Source: Pirellulales bacterium
GTDB taxonomy: Bacteria > Planctomycetota > Planctomycetia > Pirellulales > UBA1268
Direction: 5' to 3'
Assembly: GCA_017853835.1 (NCBI GenBank)
Contig: JAFMIU010000003.1
Coordinates: forward strand, 41,072-105,071
DNA length: 64,000 nt
Shown: piece by piece, positions 56,032 through 64,000 of the stretch
Position numbering within the stretch: the stretch's first letter is position 1
How the letters are laid out: every line of letters begins with the position of its first letter
Position numbers and translations under genes: made by a program
Notes under the pieces: model-generated
What the model was told of the DNA's origin: nothing
The model's input: only the letters and a program-made list of their open reading frames with translations
Database searches by the model: none

Positions 56032-58380
56032 ATGCGGCTTTCGGCTGGATGCGCGTCTCTCGCTCTTCTCGTCCTGCTGGTCAGTGGCGTGGCTGACGCA
56101 CGGCCTGGCGGGGGCGGCGCGGCCCGCCCCTCGATGGGACGCGCTGGGGGTGGTGTGGCGCGGCCGGCGATGCCGGCAGGGAGGCCCACCATGCCGGCAG
56201 CGCGGCCCCAGATGCAGGCTCCCCGGCCGCAGATGCCGATGGCTCGCCCGAACATGCCGACCACACAGCGCCCCATCGGCAACCCGGGCGGTGCCGTGGG
56301 CGGCACGACACGCCCGCAGGTTCCGAATTTCCAACGGCCGACCGTTGGTTCCATGCAACGTCCGAACCTCGCGCGTCCGTCTCTCCCCAACGCATCTGTT
56401 CGTCCGCAACCACAGTCACCCATGCCCGGCATGGGGGCTCGTCCGGGTCTTGGATCGCTTCGGCCTTCGACACCCGCCACCATCCCGGGAGCGACCGGGC
56501 GGCCTGGCGGTGGATTTGCAACGAGACCGTCACCATTCCCTGGGCAGGGGAACATGGGCGGCCGGCCTGGCGGCGCAACGACGCTTCCCGGACAGATCGG
56601 GACGCGGCCCGGCGTTCCCACCACGAAGCCTTCATTTCCGACCCCCGGTCTTCCCGGCGCGGGAGGCGGCGTTGCGGGTGGCACTCGCCCCAACCGCCCC
56701 GGGCTTGGAGCGGCCAATCGCCCGACGACGCTTCCCGGAGCCATCGGTGGCAATCGTCCTGGCGTCGGCGGAGGTGGCAACCGTCCGACAACCCTGCCCG
56801 GTGACCTCACCGGCAATCGGCCGGGCCAAGGTGGAGGAAACGGACCGAACGCAGGTGGGAACCGTCCGGTCGGCCCTGGTGGCAACCGACCAGGGATCGG
56901 CGGCAATCGGCCCACGATCCTTCCCGGCGACCTGACTGGCAACCGGCCTGGCGTTGGCGGCAACCGGCCAGGCATCGGTGGCAATCGACCTGGCATCGGC
57001 GGCAATCGACCTGGCATCGGTGGCAATCGACCAGGCATCGGCGGCGATCGACCTGGCATCGGCGGCAATCGACCTGGCCTTGGGAACGACAACAACTTCT
57101 GGAACAGCGGTAACTGGAACAGCGGTAACTGGAACAGCGGCAACTGGAACAACAACATCATCGTTGGTGGTGGTGGCGGAGGCGGGGGCTGGAACGGTGG
57201 CGGATGGGGCTACCCGGGCTACGACGGTGGCCACGGCTGGAATCATGGATGGGTCAATCCGCACTACGACGGCTGGTACAACGGCGGATGGGGGAACAAC
57301 TGGGGCTATAACGGCGGGTGGTGGGCACCATTCCTCACCGGTGCGGCGACCTGGGGTTTGGTCTCAGGTCTGAGCGGCTGGGGGCTTGGCTACGGCACCC
57401 TCGGCTACGACTATGTCAACCCGTACTACTCGGCGATGCCGGCGGCCGTGGTGGCGTCGTCCCCCTACGACTACTCCCAGCCGGTGATCATCACCAACTC
57501 CATCCCGGCCGATGCGCCGGCTGCCGGTGCCGACCCGACGTCGGCCCAGCAGCCCGTCACCACGGAGCCTGCCGCAGCGGCTTCTCCTGCCGATGCTGCC
57601 GTCGACGCGGCACTCAGCGCCTTCAAAGCTGGTGACTACGCCGGCGCGCTGGCCGGCTTCGACAAGGCCCTGGCAATTTCACCCAAAGACTCCGTGATCC
57701 ACGAAGTGCGGGCGCTTGCGCTCTTTGCCCTCGGCCGCTACACCGAGGCAGCGGCGGCCCTCAATGCCGTGCTGGCCACGGCACCGGGCATGGACTGGAC
57801 CACCATGAGCAACATCTACGGCTCGGTCGACGCCTACACCGGCCACCTTCGCACGTTGGAGGCGTTTTGTCGCGCCCATCCCGACGACGCGGCGGCCCAG
57901 TTCGTCCTTGCCTATCACTATCTTGTCGGCGGCCACACCGACCTGGCCGCAACGGCCCTGAAGACGGTTGTGTCCGAGCAACCGGGAGACGTCGTCGCCA
58001 AGCGGCTCCTCGAGGCGATCACGCCGCCTGCCGCGGAGCGTCAACCTCCGTCATCGGATCCAGGCACCGCACCGACGGCCGAAGCGGCGTTGCCCGAGAT
58101 CGATCTCGTGGGCACGTGGAAGGCGACGAGCGGCAGCGACACGATCGAGTTGACGGTCACGGCGGAATCGGCGTTCACCTGGAAGGCAACGCCCGACGGC
58201 AAGCCGGTCGTCGAACTCAAAGGCACCATCGAAACCACCGCCGATGCGGTAGCACTGATCAGCGAGTCGGCAGGCACCATGATGGCCAAGGTCACGCCTA
58301 AGTCGGCCGACTCCTTCGAGTTTGCCCTGCCCGGCGCACCAAAGGAAGCCAAGCCGCTCGTGTTCACCCGCCAGCCATGA
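56032..58380 (+). CDS. secreted 782-aa protein: RP/GNRPG repeat region + WNSGN repeats + Gly/Trp/Asn/Tyr block + TPR-like domain + small beta-rich C-terminal domain
   Basis: GAGGAG before ATG 56032. Signal peptide MRLSAGCASLALLVLLVSGVADA. See the findings for the repeat architecture. TPR-like AAVDAALSAFKAGDYAGALAGFDKALAISPKD.. C-terminal LVGTWKATSGSDTIELTVTAESAFTWKATPDGKP.. Confidence 0.75.
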   Translation: MRLSAGCASLALLVLLVSGVADARPGGGGAARPSMGRAGGGVARPAMPAGRPTMPAARPQMQAPRPQMPMARPNMPTTQRPIGNPGGAVGGTTRPQVPNFQRPTVGSMQRPNLARPSLPNASVRPQPQSPMPGMGARPGLGSLRPSTPATIPGATGRPGGGFATRPSPFPGQGNMGGRPGGATTLPGQIGTRPGVPTTKPSFPTPGLPGAGGGVAGGTRPNRPGLGAANRPTTLPGAIGGNRPGVGGGGNRPTTLPGDLTGNRPGQGGGNGPNAGGNRPVGPGGNRPGIGGNRPTILPGDLTGNRPGVGGNRPGIGGNRPGIGGNRPGIGGNRPGIGGDRPGIGGNRPGLGNDNNFWNSGNWNSGNWNSGNWNNNIIVGGGGGGGGWNGGGWGYPGYDGGHGWNHGWVNPHYDGWYNGGWGNNWGYNGGWWAPFLTGAATWGLVSGLSGWGLGYGTLGYDYVNPYYSAMPAAVVASSPYDYSQPVIITNSIPADAPAAGADPTSAQQPVTTEPAAAASPADAAVDAALSAFKAGDYAGALAGFDKALAISPKDSVIHEVRALALFALGRYTEAAAALNAVLATAPGMDWTTMSNIYGSVDAYTGHLRTLEAFCRAHPDDAAAQFVLAYHYLVGGHTDLAATALKTVVSEQPGDVVAKRLLEAITPPAAERQPPSSDPGTAPTAEAALPEIDLVGTWKATSGSDTIELTVTAESAFTWKATPDGKPVVELKGTIETTADAVALISESAGTMMAKVTPKSADSFEFALPGAPKEAKPLVFTRQP
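56938..57084 (+). repeat. 7 tandem in-frame copies of a 21-bp unit (GGCAAYCGRCCWGGCRTYGGY = GNRPG[I/V]G)
   Basis: Units start at 56938, 56959, 56980, 57001, 57022, 57043 and 57064. Units 3-6 differ by only 1-2 nt. More degenerate copies extend upstream to about 56700. Confidence 0.95.
57100..57144 (+). repeat. 3 tandem in-frame copies of a 15-bp unit (TGGAACAGCGGYAAC = WNSGN)
   Basis: Units at 57100, 57115 and 57130, followed by TGGAACAACAAC. Confidence 0.95.
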
Positions 58381-58408
58381 CCACGAGAAGACGCAGCTCT
58401 CTTCCAGC

Positions 58409-58924
58409 TCACGTCTCGTCACTGAGCATGTCGGCATAGGCGCCGTGCAGCAGGCTGGTCTCCTCGATGCCCAGACGCGACATGAGGTCGGCGGCGATCG
58501 CGTGGCCCTCTGCCTCTGATTGCCCTTCCCGAAGCACTACTTCGAGTTCGACGAAGTCGCCGAGCCCCACGACGGCATCGAGGTGCACGCGGGTCTGCCC
58601 CACGACAAAAAGATGCCGCGTCTTGTCGACGACCCTGGTTTGCCCAAGAGCCTGATCGAGAAGGCCGAGAAGGCTTGCCGCATCCTCGACCGGCATCACC
58701 GTGTAGTCGGATCGCTTGCTGCCAGCCGTGTCGGAACGGCGGTACCAGATGAGCTCACACCGACCCGTGGCGATCTGACGAAGCTTGAGCCGCCCGGTCG
58801 TGCACGCAAAGAACACATCTCGCTGCACGAGGGTTTCGCCGGGACCATCGGCGATGGCCCTGACCCTCGCGTGGATCGCCTCGGCATCTGGTACCCGAGC
58901 CTTGATTTCGACATTGGTGGGCAT
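58409..58924 (-). CDS. CYTH-domain protein (class IV adenylate cyclase / triphosphate tunnel metalloenzyme-like)
   Basis: [13 protein letters not shown].. start, then ..VQRDVFF..GRLKLRQ..ELIWYRR.. and [18 protein letters not shown], typical of CyaB-like CYTH proteins. ATG 58924 chosen. Confidence 0.7.
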   Translation of the reverse strand: MPTNVEIKARVPDAEAIHARVRAIADGPGETLVQRDVFFACTTGRLKLRQIATGRCELIWYRRSDTAGSKRSDYTVMPVEDAASLLGLLDQALGQTRVVDKTRHLFVVGQTRVHLDAVVGLGDFVELEVVLREGQSEAEGHAIAADLMSRLGIEETSLLHGAYADMLSDET

Positions 58925-59071
58925 CGCCCCGTCACTCCACGGGCCTGGCATCCATCTCGTGGTGGACCGCCGATCCGGGAAGCGTACCCGCGTGGGAAAC
59001 GAGCTGCGTCCCCTTTTTGCTCAAGCCGCGGTAGGATTGCGGCTTTTCCGCCCCGCCCCACGTCACCGACC

Positions 59072-62000
59072 ATGTTTGATCCCGTCCGCGGCCAGCCCGA
59101 CTTCCCCGCCCTCGAAGCCTCGATCGCCGCCTGGTGGCGCGACCACGGCACCTACGACAAGTCGCTCACACGGCGACGTGGCGCACCACGATTCGTCTTC
59201 TTCGAAGGCCCGCCGACCGCCAACGGGATGCCTCATCCGGGCCACTGCCTCACCCGCACGATCAAGGATCTCTACCCCCGCTACCGCACCATGCGAGGCC
59301 AGTTCTGCGAGCGGAAGGCCGGCTGGGACACCCACGGCCTGCCGGTCGAGGTGGAGGTGTGCAAGGAACTCGGCATCCACTCGAAGGCCGAGATCGAGGC
59401 CTACGGCGTGGAACCCTTCATCCACAAGTGCCAGGAGAGCGTCTGGCGCTACATGAAGGAGTGGGAGACGCTCACCGAGCGGATCGGCTTCTGGATCGAT
59501 CTCTCCAAGGCGTATGTCACCTACCATCAGTCGTTCGTGGAAAGCGTCTGGTGGGCCCTCGCCGAACTCTTCGACAAGGGCCTCCTCTATCAGGGCCACA
59601 AGATCGTCTGGTGGTGGGCCCAGGGAGGCACCGCCCTCTCGAGCGGCGAGGTGGGCCAGGGCTACCAGGAAGTGGCCGACCCGAGCGTCTACGTCGCGTT
59701 CCCGCTGCTCGACGACACCGGTGCACCAACCTCCCGCAGCCTCGTGGCCTGGACCACCACTCCCTGGACGCTGCCATCCAATCAGTTTGCGGCCGTGAAG
59801 GCCGACCTCGACTACGTCGTGCTCCGTGACGCGGGTGGCGCCGATGCTGCGGAATACATCGTGGCTGAGCCGCTCGCCGCAGGACTCGGCGAGAAGCTCA
59901 AGAAGGAGTTCGAGGTGGTGGATCGGATGCCCGGCGCCGCGCTCGTGGGCCGGTGCTACCAGCCGCCATTCGACACCTTCCGACAGCCCGGCAGCCCTGC
60001 CACGGCCCCGCTCGCCGCCGGTGGCCACGAGGCGATTGCCTGGCGCGTGGTGGCGGCGGATTTCGTGACGACCGATTCAGGCACCGGCATCGTGCACATC
60101 GCGCCGGCCTTCGGCGAGGTCGACTACACCGTCCTCGTGGCCGAACAGGCCCGGTTCGCACCCGGCAGCGGCCCGTCGCTCATCAATGCCGTCGCGCCCG
60201 ACGGCACCTTCACCGACGCCTTCGGCATGGGAAGCGGCCGGTTCGTGAAGGACTGCGACCGCGACATCACGCGCGACCTGCGAAGCCGTGGACTGCTCGT
60301 CCACCAGGAGCAGTATGTCCACGATTATCCGTTCTGCTGGCGGGCCGACAACGACCCGCTGATCCAGTATCCGCGGCAGAGCTGGTTCATCCGCACGAGC
60401 CAGTTTCGCGAGCAGATGCTCGCCAACAACGCCGCCATCGAGTGGCTCCCCGAGCACATCAAGGACGGCCGTTTCGGCAACTTCCTCGCAACCAACGTCG
60501 ACTGGGCGCTCTCCCGCGAACGCTACTGGGGCACGCCGCTGCCGATCTGGGTGTGCGACGCCACCGGCAAGGCCGAAGCGATCCGGTCGTATGCCGACCT
60601 GCTGGCGAAGCCCGGGGTGCTGGGAGCCGACGTGTTTGCGAAGGCGAAGGCGGCCAACCCCGACCTCTCCGACGACCTCAAGGTTCACAAGCCCTACATC
60701 GACGCCATCACCTACGACTCCCCCTTCGCCGCCGGCGGGCGGATGCGGCGGGTGACCGAGGTGATCGACTGCTGGTTCGATTCGGGGGCGATGCCGTTTG
60801 CCCAGTGGGGCTGGCCGCACCAGGGCCACGCGGAGTTTGAGTCGCAGTTCCCCGCCGACTTCATCTCCGAGGCGATCGATCAGACCCGTGGCTGGTTTTA
60901 CAGCCAGCTGGCGATCAGCACGCTGCTCTTTGGTCCGTCGGAGGTTTCCAGCCCCGACGTCCGTGCCTGGCCCCATCCCTTCAAAACCTGCATCGTGCTC
61001 GGCCACATGCTCGGCGAAGACGGCCAGAAGATGAGCAAGAGCAAGCGGAACTACCGCGAGCCATCCGAAATCTTCGACCGCTACGGCGCCGACGCCCTGC
61101 GATGGTTTTTCCTCGCCGGTCAGGCTCCGTGGACGAGCATCCGCTACAGCGAACGGGCCATCAAGGAAAGCATCCCCGAGTTTCTGCTCCGGTTGTGGAA
61201 CGTCTACTCCTTCTTCGTGATCTACGCGCGGATCGACGGCTTCGACCCCGGGTCGGCCCTGGCTGCTCCCGGCATGCTCGATCATGCCGACCTCGCCACG
61301 GCCAGCGGCTGGAGGCCCGTCGCCGAGCGTGGCGAACTCGACCGCTGGATGCTCTCCGAGCTCAACGCCACGGCGGCGGAGATGACCTCCCGCATGGATG
61401 CCTACGACCACTTCGGCGCCGCCCAGCGGCTCTCGGCGCTCGTCGACGCGGTGAGCAACTGGTTTGTGCGCCGCAGCCGTGACCGATTCTGGGCGCCGGG
61501 CCGGGCCGACGGCGGTCCCGACGCCAACGTCGAAAAGACCGACGCCTACTGGACCCTCTACGAAACCCTGCTCACCATCTCCAAGCTCGCCGCACCATTC
61601 GTGCCCTTCACGACGGAGGCGATCTGGAAAAACCTCGCCGGCGTGGCCTTTTCGGGCCGCGCCCCGGAGAGCGTGCACCTCACCGACTATCCAGCCGGTG
61701 ATGCGGCGCTCGTCGATCACGACCTCGTTCGTCGGATGGCGGTGGTGCGCGATATCGCCTCGCTCGGTCGTGCGGCCAGAGCGGGCGAGAAGCTCAAGGT
61801 GCGACAGCCGCTTCAGAAGGTCGAAGTGATTCTCGCCGACGCGCGTGCCGACGATGCCGCCTGGCTCGAGGCCCACGCCGACCTTGTCTGCGACGAACTC
61901 AACGTGAAACAGTTCGAGGTGTGCGGCGAACCCGACCGCTACATCACGCGATCGGTTCTCCCCGACCTCAAAAAGCTCGGCCCGAAGCTCGGCAAGGATC

Positions 62001-62482
62001 TCCCGAAGGCCCGCGACGCGCTCGTGAAGGGGGATGCGGCGGCCCTCCTGGCAGCCCTGGCAGCGCATGGCCGGGCCGAGGTGCCGCTTGCGGGCGGTGG
62101 CGTGGCGGTGATCGAACCTGGCGACGTGCTCGTACGGACCACCGCCAAGCCTGGCTGGGCGGCGGCGGAAAGCCCGCGGGCAGTGGTGGTGATCGCCAAG
62201 GACCTCACGCCCGAGCTCATCGCTGAAGGACTCGTGCGCGAGGTCGTGCACGCGATCCAGACGGAGCGAAAGCAGCTCGACCTCGACTTCACCGACCGGA
62301 TCGACCTCGTCTTCGCGACCGAATCGGAGGCTCTCCGAGCGGCCATCGAACACCATCGCGACTATGTCGCGTCGGAAACGCTCGCCGCCTCGCTCCACTT
62401 CGGCACGCCTCCGGCCGGGGCCGAACCCCACGACATCGACGGCCATCCGCTGGCAATCGCGGTCGCGAAGGCATCCTCATGA
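59072..62482 (+). CDS. ileS: isoleucyl-tRNA synthetase (type 2, long form)
   Basis: [16 protein letters not shown] (HIGH), WDTHGLPVE, editing-domain region, and KMSKSKRNY (KMSKS). The track's 184-codon upstream extension is antisense to the CYTH gene. Confidence 0.95.
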   Translation: MFDPVRGQPDFPALEASIAAWWRDHGTYDKSLTRRRGAPRFVFFEGPPTANGMPHPGHCLTRTIKDLYPRYRTMRGQFCERKAGWDTHGLPVEVEVCKELGIHSKAEIEAYGVEPFIHKCQESVWRYMKEWETLTERIGFWIDLSKAYVTYHQSFVESVWWALAELFDKGLLYQGHKIVWWWAQGGTALSSGEVGQGYQEVADPSVYVAFPLLDDTGAPTSRSLVAWTTTPWTLPSNQFAAVKADLDYVVLRDAGGADAAEYIVAEPLAAGLGEKLKKEFEVVDRMPGAALVGRCYQPPFDTFRQPGSPATAPLAAGGHEAIAWRVVAADFVTTDSGTGIVHIAPAFGEVDYTVLVAEQARFAPGSGPSLINAVAPDGTFTDAFGMGSGRFVKDCDRDITRDLRSRGLLVHQEQYVHDYPFCWRADNDPLIQYPRQSWFIRTSQFREQMLANNAAIEWLPEHIKDGRFGNFLATNVDWALSRERYWGTPLPIWVCDATGKAEAIRSYADLLAKPGVLGADVFAKAKAANPDLSDDLKVHKPYIDAITYDSPFAAGGRMRRVTEVIDCWFDSGAMPFAQWGWPHQGHAEFESQFPADFISEAIDQTRGWFYSQLAISTLLFGPSEVSSPDVRAWPHPFKTCIVLGHMLGEDGQKMSKSKRNYREPSEIFDRYGADALRWFFLAGQAPWTSIRYSERAIKESIPEFLLRLWNVYSFFVIYARIDGFDPGSALAAPGMLDHADLATASGWRPVAERGELDRWMLSELNATAAEMTSRMDAYDHFGAAQRLSALVDAVSNWFVRRSRDRFWAPGRADGGPDANVEKTDAYWTLYETLLTISKLAAPFVPFTTEAIWKNLAGVAFSGRAPESVHLTDYPAGDAALVDHDLVRRMAVVRDIASLGRAARAGEKLKVRQPLQKVEVILADARADDAAWLEAHADLVCDELNVKQFEVCGEPDRYITRSVLPDLKKLGPKLGKDLPKARDALVKGDAAALLAALAAHGRAEVPLAGGGVAVIEPGDVLVRTTAKPGWAAAESPRAVVVIAKDLTPELIAEGLVREVVHAIQTERKQLDLDFTDRIDLVFATESEALRAAIEHHRDYVASETLAASLHFGTPPAGAEPHDIDGHPLAIAVAKASS

Positions 62483-63081
62483 GCGATCCTTCTGGCCAAC
62501 GGCGTCCGCTGCGTCTGGCGGTGCTCCTCTCCGGCTCCGGCCGCACGCTCGACAACCTGCTCGAAACGATCGCGACCGGCCGACTGTCGGCGAGCGTCGA
62601 GATGGTGGTGTCGAGCCGGGGCGACGTTCGCGGCGTGAGGATCGCGGAGGCCGCCGGCATCCCCGTGACCGTGCTGCCGCCGAAGGGGCGATCGATCGAC
62701 GCATGGAGCGACGATATCTTCGCCGCCTGCCGTGCCGCTCGGCCCGACCTGATCGTGATGGCCGGCTGGCTCCACCTCGTGCGGATTCCGGCCGACTTTA
62801 CCGGCCGCGTGATCAACATCCATCCTTCGCTCCTGCCGGCCTTTGGCGGCAAGGGTTTTCACGGCATGCACGTGCACGAGGCCGTGATCGAGCGGGGGTG
62901 CACGGTGTCGGGCTGCACGGTGCATCTCGTGGACGACGAATACGACCATGGTCGGATCCTGCTGCAGCGGGCGGTGCCCGTGCTGCCCGACGACACGCCC
63001 GAATCCCTCGCGGCGCGGGTGTTTGCGGCGGAGTGTGAGGCACTCCCCGAGGCGATCGGTCGCGTCGGCATGGGCCGCTGA
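62479..63081 (+). CDS. purN: phosphoribosylglycinamide formyltransferase
   Basis: [32 protein letters not shown] and [22 protein letters not shown] overlaps the ileS stop (ATGA). Confidence 0.9.
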   Translation: MSDPSGQRRPLRLAVLLSGSGRTLDNLLETIATGRLSASVEMVVSSRGDVRGVRIAEAAGIPVTVLPPKGRSIDAWSDDIFAACRAARPDLIVMAGWLHLVRIPADFTGRVINIHPSLLPAFGGKGFHGMHVHEAVIERGCTVSGCTVHLVDDEYDHGRILLQRAVPVLPDDTPESLAARVFAAECEALPEAIGRVGMGR

Positions 63082-63188
63082 CCTCGGGCACCCGCGGCCA
63101 GGCCAACGGTCGTATTCGGTATGCTGGGGGGTCGCGGAGGCCGATCGACGGCCCGCGTCGTCCCTCGCCACGCAGCACGGAGTTTCTC

Positions 63189-63710
63189 ATGCCACGGTCG
63201 CTCGGCAACATCATCGCCGACTCCATGAAGGTCTCGGTGTCGTATGCGGAACGACTCCTCACGGACGTGCCGGCCGACCGTGCGGCCCGCTTCCCTTCGC
63301 CGGGCGGCGTGGTCGTGGCGTCAAACCACGCCGCCTTCATCTACGGCCACCTCAGCCTCTATGCCCCGAAGATCCTCCACCAGATCGGCCATCCGGCCCC
63401 TTCGGTGCCCGAGGAGTTCGAACTGCGGTTTTCGAAGAACGCGACCTGCCTCGACGACGTCGACGGCGACCTCTATCCGGCGTTCGACGAGATCGTCGCG
63501 TTCTTTCTGGAGGGCCATCGAATGACCATGGGCGCGCTGCGGAGCACCCCCGACGCCATCTTCGACCAGGGGAATCCGGCCGAGGGGCGGATGAAGGACC
63601 TCTTCCCGACGATCGGCTCCGCGCAGGCGTTTTATTGCGGCGGGCATATGATGATGCACCTCGGCCAGATGAGTGCCTGGCGGCGGATGATGGGCCTCGG
63701 CCCGGCCTGA
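63189..63710 (+). CDS. DinB-superfamily (DinB_2-like) protein
   Basis: 173 aa, four-helix-bundle-like, with His-containing motifs (..NHAAFIYGHLSLY.. and ..CGGHMMMHLGQMSAWRR). GGAG before the ATG. Confidence 0.55.
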   Translation: MPRSLGNIIADSMKVSVSYAERLLTDVPADRAARFPSPGGVVVASNHAAFIYGHLSLYAPKILHQIGHPAPSVPEEFELRFSKNATCLDDVDGDLYPAFDEIVAFFLEGHRMTMGALRSTPDAIFDQGNPAEGRMKDLFPTIGSAQAFYCGGHMMMHLGQMSAWRRMMGLGPA

Positions 63711-63772
63711 GCATTCGAACGACGATCCTTCACCCGGTGAACCTGACTGCTTCCCCACGGAGACAACCTGCC

Positions 63773-64000
63773 ATGGATCACGCCCATCATGGACTGCTCG
63801 CCCACGTGAAAAGCCGCCTCATCTGGCTCGGCATCTCGCTGTCCGTGCTCGGCATCCTCGCGATCGCAGCCCCCTGGCTGGCGGCGACGGTGATCGACAT
63901 GATGGTGGCCGGTGCCCTGATCGCCGCCGGTGCCGCCCAACTCGCCGCCGCCGCGGCCACGTTTACCTGGCGAGGCTTTTGGATGACGGTGGCGTGCGGC
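63773..64000 (+). CDS. HdeD/DUF308-like membrane protein (3' end cut by window edge)
   Basis: GGAG before ATG 63773. The frame is open to the window end. Translation MDHAHHGLLAHVKSRLIWLGISLSVLGILAIAAPWLAATVIDMMVAGALIAAGAAQLAAAAATFTWRGFW. Confidence 0.5.
   Translation, partial: MDHAHHGLLAHVKSRLIWLGISLSVLGILAIAAPWLAATVIDMMVAGALIAAGAAQLAAAAATFTWRGFWMTVACG

Noticed and set aside
56938-57084. Regular 21-bp repeats considered as a possible CRISPR-like or satellite array.
   Set aside because: The units are directly adjacent with no spacers. They are in frame and encode a coherent heptad inside a long ORF. No cas genes are nearby.
55596-57161. 521-aa Pro/Gly/Arg-rich ORF on the minus strand (MPGRLPPMPGRLPP...), which looks like a repeat protein in its own right.
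   Set aside because: It is the mirror image of the GNRPGIG/RP repeat region. The plus-strand frame has an RBS, a signal peptide and folded C-terminal domains, whereas the minus-strand frame has none.
58409-58924. The CYTH protein begins NVEIK rather than the canonical E-x-E-x-K; this was considered as a sign of an inactive enzyme.
   Set aside because: I recall many bacterial CyaB-like members with N-[IV]-E-I-K at this position, and I cannot align them here. The evidence is not strong enough to claim loss of function.

Overview
High-GC (about two-thirds G+C by hand-sampled lines), gene-dense chromosomal segment whose gene content points to a Planctomycetota genome. It holds two PSD1 (DUF1549/DUF1553, CXXCH) + DUF1501 gene pairs and two DUF1559 'H-X9-DG' pseudopilin-like genes. 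It also holds four intact and two decayed PEP-CTERM proteins, and very large autotransporter-beta-strand-repeat (PATR) proteins. Housekeeping genes: a DEAD-box helicase, pgi, pncA, a complete classical menaquinone operon (menF-D-H-B-A-C-E), ileS and purN. Accessory content: (1) a maltodextrin locus, with a PEP-CTERM-anchored GH13 amylase facing a GH13, MalE-MalF fusion, MalG and MalK operon; (2) an orphan sxtI/sxtK/sxtJ-like carbamoyltransferase cassette joined to a membrane-anchored SGNH-TPR protein, including a 51-codon gene absent from the ORF track; (3) a Ser/Thr kinase, dual-FHA and secreted-protein module with lower G+C; (4) a secreted 782-aa protein made of RP/GNRPGIG/WNSGN repeats, a Gly/Trp/Asn block and a TPR domain; (5) a small decay zone with an IS630-type transposase remnant and broken PEP-CTERM genes. 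I found no rRNA, tRNA, CRISPR array, prophage or recognisable defence system. Most long ORFs in the track that run antisense to these genes are stop-free artefacts of the high G+C. All family assignments rest on motif recognition by eye; no searches were run. My best candidates for undescribed biology are the carbamoyltransferase cassette and the repeat/TPR protein, but neither is proven.
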